64,000 nt of DNA, from the NCBI GenBank assembly GCA_050740255.1, contig JBOICV010000150.1, positions 22,048 through 86,047 on the forward strand, in the 5' to 3' direction. The notes below the pieces were generated by a model. That model worked only from the letters and a program-made list of their open reading frames with translations, was not told where the DNA came from and did no database searches. The first letter of the stretch is position 1. Each line of letters opens with the position of its first letter. Origin of the DNA: Nevskiales bacterium. GTDB taxonomy: Bacteria > Pseudomonadota > Gammaproteobacteria > Nevskiales > JBOICV01. Positions 1 to 9,269 of the stretch are shown piece after piece. The position numbers were made by a program, and so were the translations under genes.

Positions 1-747
1 CGCGATACGCTGCGGCATATCCATCATTTTTCCGCCACGATTCTGGACCGCGTCTATCTGCTCAGCGGCCGTCACCAGATGCTGGCCGTGCAGGTCTGCG
101 GAGAGGACATCGCAAAACAGTATGGCCGGCGGCCCGGCGGCTGCCTGCTGGTGGGTTCGCACCTCGGCAGTTTCGAGGTATTGCGCGCGCTGGGTGTGAA
201 CGACGGGGGCCAGGCCGGAGTCAAAGTCAGGATGCTGATGCGGCGCGGCCACAACGAAATACTCACGCGTCTGCTCGAAGCGCTGAATCCGGACATTCTC
301 CAGCACATGATTGATACCAGTGGCGGTGAAACCGATACGGCGCTGGCCATCCGCGACGCGCTGGCCGACGGCTGCATGGTCAGTCTGCTCGGTGACCGCG
401 TGAACTCGGACGCGGAGAAGACCGCGGCTTGCCGCTTCCTGGGAGGCATGGCGGATTTCCCGCTCGGCTGGCTGCTGTTGGCCGCTGTGATGCAGGTGCC
501 GGTGCTGCTGTGCTTTGGTTTATATCGCGGCGGCGCGCGTTATGACATTCATTTCGAGCTGTTGGCCGAGCGGATCGAACTCGATCGCAAGCACCGCGAG
601 CGCGACGCGGCCCTATGGGCGCAGCGTTATGCGGAGCGTCTGGAGCACTACGTCAAGGATGCACCCCTGAACTGGTTCAACTTCTATGATTTCTGGAATG
701 AAACTCCGGCGCCTTTTGCCGGCCAGGTAGCCGCAACACCCCGATGA
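1..747 (+). CDS. Acyltransferase (LpxL/HtrB-like lysophospholipid/lipid A acyltransferase family); 5' end lies outside the window
   Basis: Frame 1 is open from nt 1, with no stop before the listed Met at 79, so the gene is cut by the window edge. Its stop overlaps the next start (ATGA, 744-747). It sits directly upstream of the LolA-like and MMPL genes, as in aryl-polyene clusters. The family call is by recollection only. Confidence 0.55.
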   Translation, partial: RDTLRHIHHFSATILDRVYLLSGRHQMLAVQVCGEDIAKQYGRRPGGCLLVGSHLGSFEVLRALGVNDGGQAGVKVRMLMRRGHNEILTRLLEALNPDILQHMIDTSGGETDTALAIRDALADGCMVSLLGDRVNSDAEKTAACRFLGGMADFPLGWLLLAAVMQVPVLLCFGLYRGGARYDIHFELLAERIELDRKHRERDAALWAQRYAERLEHYVKDAPLNWFNFYDFWNETPAPFAGQVAATPR

Positions 748-1331
748 AATTCCTCGCCTTTTCCAGAGCCATTCTTTTTTCAGTTCTACCCCTGCTGCTG
801 TCAGCGGCGAATGCGGGCGGCTGGGGGCTGGATCAGCTCGCTGCGGATTTGGCGCGCACGCCGACGGGGGCGATGCGCTTCACCGAGCTTAAATATCTGG
901 CCGCGCTCAAGCAGCCGCTAAAGCTCGACGGCCGCGTCAGCTATACGCCGCCGGATACGCTGGAGAAAACCGTCATCACACCGCAACCGGAACGCTTTCT
1001 GCTGCGCGGTGGCGTGCTGGAGCTGCAGCACGGCACCGGGCCGGTGCGGCGGGTGGAGCTGGCGCAATATCCCTTGCTGGAGGCTTTTGTCGGTGCGTTG
1101 ACCGCCACGCTGGCCGGCGATCTCGCGCGGCTTGAGCAGCATTACAGCTTGGCGCTGAGCGGCCACGAGCACGCTTGGGTGCTCAGACTTACGCCCAAGG
1201 ATCCGGCGCTGGCGGCGCGCGTGAAATCCATCCGCGTGAGCGGCGCCGGCCAACGCGTGCAGGAATTCGAGACCACGCAGGCCGATGGCGACCGCTCGAT
1301 AATGTTTTTCTCGCTGCTACCCAGCTCCTAA
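744..1331 (+). CDS. LolA-like outer-membrane lipoprotein-carrier family protein (aryl-polyene cluster type)
   Basis: 195 aa with an N-terminal signal peptide (MKFLAFSRAILFSVLPLLLSAANA). Translationally coupled to the upstream gene. Size and position between acyltransferase and MMPL exporter are typical of APE clusters. Confidence 0.6.
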   Translation: MKFLAFSRAILFSVLPLLLSAANAGGWGLDQLAADLARTPTGAMRFTELKYLAALKQPLKLDGRVSYTPPDTLEKTVITPQPERFLLRGGVLELQHGTGPVRRVELAQYPLLEAFVGALTATLAGDLARLEQHYSLALSGHEHAWVLRLTPKDPALAARVKSIRVSGAGQRVQEFETTQADGDRSIMFFSLLPSS

Positions 1332-1338
1332 AACATTT

Positions 1339-3666
1339 ATGCAGGCCAAACAGCTCGCGCTGCTGGCGCTCTGGCTGGCGGCGCTGGCGGGCGCTGCGTT
1401 TCTTACCGCGCGGTACTTGCGGGTGGCTAGCGACCTCACCGCCTTCCTGCCGGATGCGGCCAGCGAAACCGAAACCCTGCTGCTGGAGGAGTTGCGTCAC
1501 GGCGTGGCCTCGCGCCTGATTCTGATCGGCATAGAAGGGGACGGGCCGGAACAACTCAGCGTTATCAGCCGCAAGCTCAGTAAGGCCTTGCGCAGCCAGG
1601 CGCCATTCCGGCGGGTGGAGAACGGTGAATTCGCGGCGCAATCAGAATTGACGGATCTCTTGTTGCGTTACCGCTACCTGCTCAGTCCGCAGATCACTGC
1701 ACAAGGCTTCACCACCAGCGCGCTGCGCAGCGCGCTGGAAATGCGGCTCAACGAACTGGCCTCGCCCACGGAACTGGTGGTCAAGGATTGGCTGGCGCGC
1801 GATCCGACGCACGAGCTGTTGGCGGTACTGCTGACCTGGCAGCCGTCCCGGGGTCCCGGTTATCACGACGGCGTCTGGTATGACGCGGCCAATGCGCGCG
1901 CACTCCTGGTCGCAGAAACGGCCGCTCCGGGCTTCGACGTGGCGGCACAAACCACTGCGGTCGCCAGCATAGAGTCGGCGTTCCGCGGCGCGGCCGGCGC
2001 TAGCGCCGCAAAGCTGATCATGACCGGACCGGGGCCTTTCGGTGTGCTGCTGGAGAAACAGACGCGCACCGAGGCCACCAGCTTCAGTCTGTTGGCCGCG
2101 GGGCTGATGCTGGCCGTGTTGCTGTGGGCGTATCGCTCGTCGCGGCTGGTTTTGCTAGGCGCCTTGCCGCTGCTCAGCGCCGGCATATTGGGCATGCTTG
2201 CGGTGCAACTGGTTTATGGCGGTGTGCACGGCATCACGCTGGCCTTCGGCATGACGCTGATTGGCGTCGCCAATGATTACCCGCTGCACGTGTTCAGCCA
2301 TCTGCAGCCCGAGCAGACACCGCCTGCGTCAGTCCTGCGCATTTGGCCCACCTTGCGCTTGTCGGTGCTGGCGACTTCGATCGCCTATCTCACGCTGGTG
2401 CTGGCCGACTTCGGCGGCTTGGCACAGCTCGGCTTGTTCACGGTCGTCGGTCTTGTGACGGCGGCGGTATGCACCCGCTGGCTGTTGTTGCCGTTGCTGG
2501 CGGCACCGCGGCTGGATCCTGCCCGCGGTTTCGCCGCCGCTGCGCAAGCGCGGCTGGATCGTCTACCCGTCACGCAAGTGCCGGCGCTGATTCTGCTGGG
2601 CTTGTCGCTCACGGTGCTGGTGATTTCCAGGCAGCCACTCTGGGACGACGAACTCTCTGGTCTGACACCCGTGCCGAAGCCCTTGCAGGAACTGGACGAG
2701 AGTCTCCGCCATGCGCTCGGCGCACCCGATTTGCGTTATCTGGCGGTATTGCGGGCCGCCGATGCGGAAACCGCTTTGCGGCGCAGCGAGCTGTTGATCG
2801 GAGTACTGGAGCCGCTGCGCGCCGATAAGTTGCTCGGTGGCTACGATCTGGCCGCGCGCTATCTCCCGTCAATCGTCACGCAGCAGGCACGCCAGCAAAA
2901 CCTGCCGACGCCCGGCGAGCTGCAGACTGCTTTGCGCCAAGCCCAAACCGGACTGCCGTTTCAAAACGATTTATTCGCGCCCTTTCTGCAGGAGGTCCAG
3001 GCAGCACGGGGGCTTGCGCCGCTGACACCGGCGGCGATTGCCGACACGCCGCTGGCGCTGCGCGTGACGCCCTTGCTCTATCAGCACGAAGCGGCTTGGC
3101 TGGCGCTGGTAACGCTGCAGGACGTCAGCGCGCCGGCCGAGCTCGCGCAGGCGCTGGCGGCAGCCGGCTTCGACGATCTGCGCCTGTTGGATTTGAAAGG
3201 CGAGTCCGAGCAAATGGTCGGACGCTTCCGCGAGAGCGCGCTGTGGCGCATCGCCTTCGCGGTCGCCGCCACGCTGCTAGTGATGTTCTGGGGCCTGCCC
3301 TTGGCGCGCATATTGCCCACCGTGTTGCCTTATAGCGCGGCGGTGTTGAGCGTGATGGCGGCTTTCCATTTGCTGGGCTTGAGGCTCAACCTGTTCCATC
3401 TGGTCTCGTTGATGCTGGTCGCCGGGGTGGCGATGGACTACGCGCTATTCCTCGGCGCGGCCGAAGACGACCCGGCCGAGCGCGCGCGCAGCCTGCACGC
3501 CGTTGCGCTGTGCCTGCTCTCGACTTTAAGTGTGTTTGGTATATTGGGCCTGTCCCAGATTCCGGTTCTGCGGGCGATTGGCAGCACGGTCGCGTTGGGT
3601 GTGGCGCTCAGTTTCGTGCTGGCGCTGCTCGGTGCGCGACCGATGACAACAAAACCGGCCGCTTAG
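1339..3666 (+). CDS. MMPL/RND-superfamily exporter (putative aryl-polyene lipid exporter)
   Basis: 775 aa. Two hydrophobic multi-helix blocks (approx. residues 230-390 and 620-770) are each preceded by a large soluble domain, which is MMPL-type architecture. Confidence 0.75.
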   Translation: MQAKQLALLALWLAALAGAAFLTARYLRVASDLTAFLPDAASETETLLLEELRHGVASRLILIGIEGDGPEQLSVISRKLSKALRSQAPFRRVENGEFAAQSELTDLLLRYRYLLSPQITAQGFTTSALRSALEMRLNELASPTELVVKDWLARDPTHELLAVLLTWQPSRGPGYHDGVWYDAANARALLVAETAAPGFDVAAQTTAVASIESAFRGAAGASAAKLIMTGPGPFGVLLEKQTRTEATSFSLLAAGLMLAVLLWAYRSSRLVLLGALPLLSAGILGMLAVQLVYGGVHGITLAFGMTLIGVANDYPLHVFSHLQPEQTPPASVLRIWPTLRLSVLATSIAYLTLVLADFGGLAQLGLFTVVGLVTAAVCTRWLLLPLLAAPRLDPARGFAAAAQARLDRLPVTQVPALILLGLSLTVLVISRQPLWDDELSGLTPVPKPLQELDESLRHALGAPDLRYLAVLRAADAETALRRSELLIGVLEPLRADKLLGGYDLAARYLPSIVTQQARQQNLPTPGELQTALRQAQTGLPFQNDLFAPFLQEVQAARGLAPLTPAAIADTPLALRVTPLLYQHEAAWLALVTLQDVSAPAELAQALAAAGFDDLRLLDLKGESEQMVGRFRESALWRIAFAVAATLLVMFWGLPLARILPTVLPYSAAVLSVMAAFHLLGLRLNLFHLVSLMLVAGVAMDYALFLGAAEDDPAERARSLHAVALCLLSTLSVFGILGLSQIPVLRAIGSTVALGVALSFVLALLGARPMTTKPAA

Positions 3667-3722
3667 AGAGGAGAAACGGGCGCTGAAGTCCGCGCGGGTG
3701 CGCGGCGTTCGGGCCCGAGCCG

Positions 3723-4904
3723 ATGCAAGCTCTGCGTATCAGCCATTACAGCTTGACCACCGCGCTTGGGCGCGGCGCCCAGGCACAGCGGCGCGCCTTG
3801 CTCGACGAGCGCAGCGGACTTACGCCCTGCACTGATTTCGGCGACGCCCAACTGCCCGCCTGGATTGGCCGCGTCGCCGGGCTCGAGGACTCGCCCTTGC
3901 CCAAGCCGCTGGCGGCTTTCGAGTGCCGCAACAACCGCCTGGCCTGGCTGGGTTTGCAGCAGGACGGCTTGCTCGAGGCGGTCGCCGCGTTGCGCCAGCG
4001 CATCGGCGCGCAGCGAATCGGTTTATTCCTCGGCACCAGCACCTCCGGCGTCTATCAGACCGAACTCGCTTATCACGCGCGCAACGCGGCCGGTGAACTG
4101 CCGGAGTGGTATAGCTATCCGCACACGCAGAATTGCTACTCGGTGGGATATTTCGTGCGCACGGCGCTCGAGCTGACCGGACCCTCGTTGGTGATTTCCA
4201 CCGCCTGCTCGTCCAGCGCGAAAGTGTTCGCCTGCGCCGCGCGCTACATCCAGGCCGGCTTGATTGATGCGGCGGTGGTCGGCGGCGTGGACAGCCTGTG
4301 CCTCACCACGCTGTACGGATTCTCGGCGCTGCAGTTGGTGTCGCCGCAACCCTGCCGGCCGGCGGATGCGGCACGCGACGGTATCTCGATCGGCGAAGCT
4401 GCGGGTTTCGCGGTGCTGGAAAAAGACGCCGGCCCCGGCGTGCGCCTGCTGGGCTATGGCGAAAGCTCCGACGCCCATCACATGTCCGCACCCGATCCGG
4501 AAGGGGCCGGCGCGCTGCTGTCCATGCAGCGCGCGCTGAACCGGGCCGGCCTCGCTGCGGACGAGATTGACTACATCAACCTGCATGGCACGGCCACCCA
4601 GGCCAACGATTTATCCGAAGGCAAGGCAGTGCATCGCCTATTCGGCACGCGGGTGCCCGGTAGCTCAACCAAGGCTTGGACCGGACATTGCCTCGGCGCG
4701 GCCGGCATCGTCGAGACCCTGTTCTGTGCCTTGGCGCTGGAGCACGGCTTCGCACCGAAGAGCCTCAATACCCACAACGTCGATGCGCAAATTCCCAATC
4801 AGATCCTGTTGCAGACGCGGCGGCAGCCGCAGCGCTATGCGCTCACCAACTCCTTCGGCTTCGGCGGCAGCAATTGCAGCCTGATACTGGGCAAAGCGGC
4901 ATGA
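3723..4904 (+). CDS. Beta-ketoacyl-ACP synthase (KAS I/II-like, Cys-His-His)
   Basis: Active-site motif ISTACSSS, His motifs SSDAHHMSAPDP and INLHGTATQAND, and C-terminal NSFGFGGSNCSLIL. Confidence 0.9.
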   Translation: MQALRISHYSLTTALGRGAQAQRRALLDERSGLTPCTDFGDAQLPAWIGRVAGLEDSPLPKPLAAFECRNNRLAWLGLQQDGLLEAVAALRQRIGAQRIGLFLGTSTSGVYQTELAYHARNAAGELPEWYSYPHTQNCYSVGYFVRTALELTGPSLVISTACSSSAKVFACAARYIQAGLIDAAVVGGVDSLCLTTLYGFSALQLVSPQPCRPADAARDGISIGEAAGFAVLEKDAGPGVRLLGYGESSDAHHMSAPDPEGAGALLSMQRALNRAGLAADEIDYINLHGTATQANDLSEGKAVHRLFGTRVPGSSTKAWTGHCLGAAGIVETLFCALALEHGFAPKSLNTHNVDAQIPNQILLQTRRQPQRYALTNSFGFGGSNCSLILGKAA

Positions 4905-5701
4905 GCCGGCTGACGGTTTGGGCTGAAGCGCCCGGTGTGGCCGCGCCGGGACTCAACGGCTGGACGCAGGGGCAGGCGGTGTTGCGCGGCGAGCAGGCTT
5001 ATCTGGGCGCGGAGCTGCCGAAGTACGCACCCACGCTGCTGCCGCCGAACGAGCGGCGGCGCGCCACCAATATCTGCCGGCTTGCGTTCCAGGCAGCAGA
5101 GGAGGCGATCCAGCGCGCCAGTGTGCCAGCCGATTCGCTGGCGGCGGTGTTTGCCTCCAGCAGCGGCGACCTGGAGGTGTTGCACCTGCTGTGCGAGGTG
5201 CTGGCGACACCGCAGCGCCAAGTGTCACCGACGCATTTTCACAACTCGGTGCACAACGCGCCGGCGGGTTATTGGAGCATCGCCACCCGCTCGCGTATGC
5301 CCTCGACCAGCCTGTCGGCCTGCGATGCCAGCGTCGCGGCCGGTCTGCTCGAAGCCGCCGCGCTGTGCGCCGTCGAAAACATGCCGGTGTTGCTGGTGGC
5401 TTACGATATTCCGCCGCCGCCGCCGCTGTTGGCCAAACGACCCGTGCTGGCGCCGTTCGGCGCGGCGCTGGTACTCACGTCTGCAAGCACGGCCAGCTCG
5501 GGCTGGTGTTTTCAAATTGACTATGGCGCCGAGCAGCCGGCGACGCAGATAAAAGACACGGAACTGGAGCGTTTGCGCACGGGCAATCCCGCCGCCCGCA
5601 TGCTGCCGCTGTTGGCGCTGATGGCCCGGCAGCAGCCAGGTAGGGTTCAGCTCACGGGCGTGAGCGGCAGCGGCATTCAGATTGAAGTGACGGCATGCTG
5701 A
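4901..5701 (+). CDS. KS-like protein / chain-length-factor-type partner (short N-terminal ketoacyl-synthase domain family)
   Basis: ATG at 4901 overlaps the KS stop (ATGA). 266 aa (MSRLTVWAEAPG...). The longer ORF from 4676 lies inside the KS gene and is rejected. Short KS-like proteins follow the KS in APE clusters. Confidence 0.7.
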   Translation: MSRLTVWAEAPGVAAPGLNGWTQGQAVLRGEQAYLGAELPKYAPTLLPPNERRRATNICRLAFQAAEEAIQRASVPADSLAAVFASSSGDLEVLHLLCEVLATPQRQVSPTHFHNSVHNAPAGYWSIATRSRMPSTSLSACDASVAAGLLEAAALCAVENMPVLLVAYDIPPPPPLLAKRPVLAPFGAALVLTSASTASSGWCFQIDYGAEQPATQIKDTELERLRTGNPAARMLPLLALMARQQPGRVQLTGVSGSGIQIEVTAC

Positions 5702-6147
5702 TCGGCCGCGAGGAAATCCTCATGCTTATCCCGCACGCCGGGGCCATGTGTCTGCACGATGCGGTGCTGGAGCACAGCGCGGAGCATATTCGCTGCGAGG
5801 CCGCCAACGCCTGCGATACCACGCACCCGCTGCGCCGCGATGGTCGGCTGCACGCACTGCATCTGGCCGAGTACGGCGCGCAGGCCATGGCGATTCATGG
5901 CGGCTTACTCGCGCGCGAGCGCGGCGAGCGCGCGCCACCGGGTTTTCTGGCGGTGATCCGCGAGCTCAAGCTGCAGGTGAACCGGCTCGACGATCTGGCT
6001 GCACCCTTGCAAACCGAGGCGCGCATGCTGCTCGGCGGCGCCGGCGGCTGGACTTATGAATTCAAGGCCAGCGCCGGAGGCCGACCGCTGGGCAGCGGCC
6101 GGGTGACGGTGATGTTGCTCCCATCCCTGAACAGGGAGCAGGCATGA
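5695..6147 (+). CDS. Hotdog-fold 3-hydroxyacyl-ACP dehydratase-like protein
   Basis: 150 aa. Overlaps both the upstream stop and the downstream start. The N-terminal 'IPHAGAMCLHD' motif is typical of APE-cluster dehydratases. Assignment is by size, context and motif. Confidence 0.65.
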   Translation: MLIGREEILMLIPHAGAMCLHDAVLEHSAEHIRCEAANACDTTHPLRRDGRLHALHLAEYGAQAMAIHGGLLARERGERAPPGFLAVIRELKLQVNRLDDLAAPLQTEARMLLGGAGGWTYEFKASAGGRPLGSGRVTVMLLPSLNREQA

Positions 6148-6863
6148 AGCGCGCACTGGTCACTGGCGGCAGCGGCGATATCGGCGGCGCGATCTGTCAC
6201 GCGCTCGCCGCGGCGGGCATGCACGTCTACGTGCATGCCAATAGTCAGCCCGCGCGGGCCGAAGCGGTGGTTGGCGCGATCGTCGCGCAAGGTGGCAGCG
6301 CGGAAAGCATCGTGTTCGACGTGACGGATGCCGCCGCTTGCGAACAGGCGCTCGACCTTGCGCTCAAAGCCGGCCCGATTCAGATACTGGTACACAATGC
6401 CGGCATCCACGACGACGCGCCGCTGGCGGGCATGAAGCCCGAGCAATGGCATAAAGTGATAGATGTGTCGCTACATGGCTTTTACAACGTCAGCCGGCCG
6501 CTGCTGCTGCCGATGATGCGCACGCGCTGGGGCCGCGTGCTCGCGCTGTCCTCGGTGGCGGGCGTGATGGGCAATCGCGGTCAGGCCAATTACGCCGCCG
6601 CCAAGGCCGGCTTGCATGGCGCGGTCAAGTCGCTGGCGATCGAGCTCGCCTCGCGCGGCGTGACGGCGAATGCGGTTGCACCCGGCATCATCCAGGGCAG
6701 CATGAGCCAGGACATTTTTCCGGCGGAAGCCATCAAGAATCTGGTGCCAATGCAGCGTAGCGGCCGGCCGGAGGAAGTGGCTGCGCTGATCGCGTTTCTG
6801 GCTTCGGAGGCGGCGGCTTATATCTCCGGCCAAGTCATCAGTATCAACGGCGGTATGGCATGA
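6144..6863 (+). CDS. 3-oxoacyl-ACP reductase (SDR, FabG type)
   Basis: Rossmann motif TGGSGDIGGAI, NAG motif (VHNAGI), catalytic YAAAKAG (YxxxK) and NAVAPGII. Confidence 0.9.
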   Translation: MKRALVTGGSGDIGGAICHALAAAGMHVYVHANSQPARAEAVVGAIVAQGGSAESIVFDVTDAAACEQALDLALKAGPIQILVHNAGIHDDAPLAGMKPEQWHKVIDVSLHGFYNVSRPLLLPMMRTRWGRVLALSSVAGVMGNRGQANYAAAKAGLHGAVKSLAIELASRGVTANAVAPGIIQGSMSQDIFPAEAIKNLVPMQRSGRPEEVAALIAFLASEAAAYISGQVISINGGMA

Positions 6864-7621
6864 AAGCTGCGGTCGTAATTCCGGCATACAACGAGGCTGC
6901 GACCATTCGGGATGTGGTGATTCGCGCGCGTGCGCAACTGGACTGCGTCATCGTGGTGGACGATGGTTCCAGCGACGGCACCGCAGCGCAACTGGCCGGT
7001 CTGGACGTGGTGCTGCTACGCAATGCGCAGAACAGGGGCAAGGCCGACAGCTTGTGGCGCGGCCTGCAACACGCGCTGGAGTCAGGTTTCGACGCCGTCA
7101 TCACGCTGGACGGTGACGGCCAGCATCAGCCGGAGGACATTCCGCGGGTGCTGGCCGCAGCGCGCGCGCAGCCGGGGCACATCATCATCGCCTCGCGTCT
7201 GCAGCACCGCGAGCACGCGCCGCCGCTGCGGCTGTTCGCCAACCGCATGGCGAATTTCTGGGTGTCCTGGGCCGCGGGTTATTTCATCCCGGATTCACAG
7301 TCCGGTTTCCGACTGTATCCGGCGCAAGTCCTGCGGCGCGTGCGGGTGCATCACGCGCGCCGCCATAGCTTTGTGTTCGAGAGCGAGATTCTGGTCGACG
7401 CCGCCTGGCGCGGCGCGCGCAGCGTGCCGGTACCGATCAAGTCTCTATACTTCCAGGCGACCCGGTCCAGTCATTACAAAGCGGGGCGCGACACCCTCGC
7501 AATTGCACGGATGGTCGCCTGGCGCCTCTTTCTGCGCGGTCTCAATCTGGTCGGCTTGCTGCGCGTGCTGGGCACACTACTCAGACCGCCGGCGGCGACA
7601 CCCCTGAAAAAAGACGCGTAG
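6860..7621 (+). CDS. Family 2 glycosyltransferase (polyprenyl-phosphate/DPM1-ArnC-like)
   Basis: Motifs VIPAYNEA, VVDDGSSDGT and LDGDGQH (DxD), with a hydrophobic C-terminal segment. ATGA overlap with the FabG-type gene. Confidence 0.85.
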   Translation: MKAAVVIPAYNEAATIRDVVIRARAQLDCVIVVDDGSSDGTAAQLAGLDVVLLRNAQNRGKADSLWRGLQHALESGFDAVITLDGDGQHQPEDIPRVLAAARAQPGHIIIASRLQHREHAPPLRLFANRMANFWVSWAAGYFIPDSQSGFRLYPAQVLRRVRVHHARRHSFVFESEILVDAAWRGARSVPVPIKSLYFQATRSSHYKAGRDTLAIARMVAWRLFLRGLNLVGLLRVLGTLLRPPAATPLKKDA

Positions 7622-7625
7622 ACGC

Positions 7626-8411
7626 GTGAACCGGGGCTTGCACCGCGGCGACTGGCTGGCGCTGACCTACGCCGGCGTCACTCTCGGGCTGGTGCTGATC
7701 TACGGCGTCAGCTTGTGGACCCTTGGGCCCAGCACGCTCGTGTTTTTCGCGCTGGTGCTCGACGGCATTTTCCGTCCCGCTTCGCCCTGGTTCCTGCCGG
7801 TGGTGGCGCGCGGACCGCGCCGCGGCAAGACGGTCGCGCTGAGCTTCGACGACGGCCCCGATCCCGAAGTCACGCCGAAAATTCTTGACCTGCTCAGACA
7901 CCACAAGGCCAAGGCGACTTTCTTTGTGATCGGCCGGCATGTCGAGCAATACCCGGATCTGGCGCGCCGTATCGTGGCAGAGGGTCACGAGCTGGGCAAT
8001 CACACCCACACCCATCCGCGCCTGTTCAATCTCAAGCTGACGCGCGGCATGCAACGGGAAATCGAGCGCGCGTCCGCCATCATCCAGCACGTGACCGGTG
8101 TAAGGCCAGCGCTGTTCCGCCCGCCGATCGGCCTGAAAAATCCGCATCTGGCGATCGTCGCGCGCCGGCTCCGGCTGCAGGTGGTGATGTGGTCGCTGCA
8201 CGCGCGCGACACGCTGTTCCGCAATCCGAAGCGGATTTCACGCCGCGTGCTCAGGCGTATCCGGCCCGGCGACATCGTGGATTTGCACGACGGACACGAT
8301 CTGCCCGGCCAGCATCGCCGGCCGACGGTGCGGGCGGTCTCCTCCATCCTCGCCCAATTGGCGTGGCGCGGATGGCGCTGCGTGACGGTGTCGGAGCTGT
8401 TAAAGGGTTAG
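7626..8411 (+). CDS. Polysaccharide deacetylase (NodB homology domain) with N-terminal membrane anchor
   Basis: GTG start. Hydrophobic N-terminus. NodB motifs LSFDDGPDP and HELGNHTHTHP, plus a later LHD motif. Confidence 0.85.
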   Translation: MNRGLHRGDWLALTYAGVTLGLVLIYGVSLWTLGPSTLVFFALVLDGIFRPASPWFLPVVARGPRRGKTVALSFDDGPDPEVTPKILDLLRHHKAKATFFVIGRHVEQYPDLARRIVAEGHELGNHTHTHPRLFNLKLTRGMQREIERASAIIQHVTGVRPALFRPPIGLKNPHLAIVARRLRLQVVMWSLHARDTLFRNPKRISRRVLRRIRPGDIVDLHDGHDLPGQHRRPTVRAVSSILAQLAWRGWRCVTVSELLKG

Positions 8412-8420
8412 CGCCATTCG

Positions 8421-9122
8421 TTAGCGGGAGAGGCGCGCAAGCCAGCTTTTCCAAAGCGCGAGCCAGGTGTGCCAGTCGTGCCCGCCGTCCAGCGCGTGCA
8501 TCGTGAGTTGCGGATTTTTCTGGTGCAGCAGTGCATACGCCGGCGCGAAGTCATCGCCGGCGCCGTACCACAACTCGATCTGTGGCAGCTTGCGCGGCGT
8601 GCTGAGATAGCGCCACGCCGCCAGCAGCTCTTGCTCGAAAGCCTCATCGTTTTTACGCGCGGCCAAGCCGTCGCGGCGCAGCCGCTCGATGAAAGCGTCA
8701 TCGCCCAGGAAAGGCGCCAGCAAGAGCAGGCGCCGCACGCGCTCCGGATGGCGCCGCGCCAGTCCCAGCGCACCGAAGCCGCCGAGCGAGATGCCGGCCA
8801 GCGTGATCGGCGTGGGTGGCAGCGGTTTAAGCACGTCTTCATACAGGCGTTGATACACGGTGCGCGCGCGGTAGTAGCCGAAATGCGCGTCGGCCGCAAT
8901 GAGCGCTAGCCGTCGCTGCTGGATCAGCGGTTTAGCGGCGGCGACAAAGCCCTCATCGTCAAAGTCCGCACCGCGGTCTTTGATACCGGGCAGCAGCACC
9001 ACGATCTCCTGCGCCTGAGTCACCTCGCCATAACTTGAGGACGGCATCGGCTCAGCAGCGCAGCGCGCTGAAGCCAGCAGCAAGCCGAGCAGGGGCAGCG
9101 GCCACAACAGAAAACTGGGCAT
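8421..9122 (-). CDS. Secreted alpha/beta-hydrolase (esterase family)
   Basis: Start chosen at the internal Met (MPSFLLWPLPLLGLLLASA signal peptide). The upstream extension to 9230 runs into a repeat element. Nucleophile elbow GISLGG. Confidence 0.7.
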   Translation of the reverse strand: MPSFLLWPLPLLGLLLASARCAAEPMPSSSYGEVTQAQEIVVLLPGIKDRGADFDDEGFVAAAKPLIQQRRLALIAADAHFGYYRARTVYQRLYEDVLKPLPPTPITLAGISLGGFGALGLARRHPERVRRLLLLAPFLGDDAFIERLRRDGLAARKNDEAFEQELLAAWRYLSTPRKLPQIELWYGAGDDFAPAYALLHQKNPQLTMHALDGGHDWHTWLALWKSWLARLSR

Positions 9123-9158
9123 GCTGTCATTATGCTCCCCGGGAGCTCTGATTGACTT

Positions 9159-9247
9159 GTCATCGCGAGGAACAGAGTGACGAAGCGATCTCGCAAGTTT
9201 CTGAGTCGCATAAAGGCGAGATTGCTTCACTGCGTTCGCAATGACAA
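9159..9247. mobile_element. MITE/REP-like palindromic element, family A
   Basis: Nested inverted repeats: GTCATCGCGAGG...TCGCAATGAC, and CGAAGCGATCTCGC...GCGAGATTGCTTC. The same arms recur at 12051-12100. Confidence 0.75.
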
Positions 9248-9269
9248 TTCCACCCTTGACAAAGATTTC

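Noticed and set aside
4676-4900. 5' extension of the KS-like ORF, listed as starting at 4676.
   Set aside because: It lies entirely inside the well-supported KS gene in another frame. The ATG at 4901, overlapping the KS stop (ATGA), gives a protein of the expected size.
9177-9269. ORF-track start of the YdbH-like gene (MTKRSRKFLSRIKARLLHCVRNDN...).
   Set aside because: This peptide is the translation of the family A palindromic repeat (9159-9247). The TTG at 9270 immediately precedes the N-terminal transmembrane helix and is the more plausible start.
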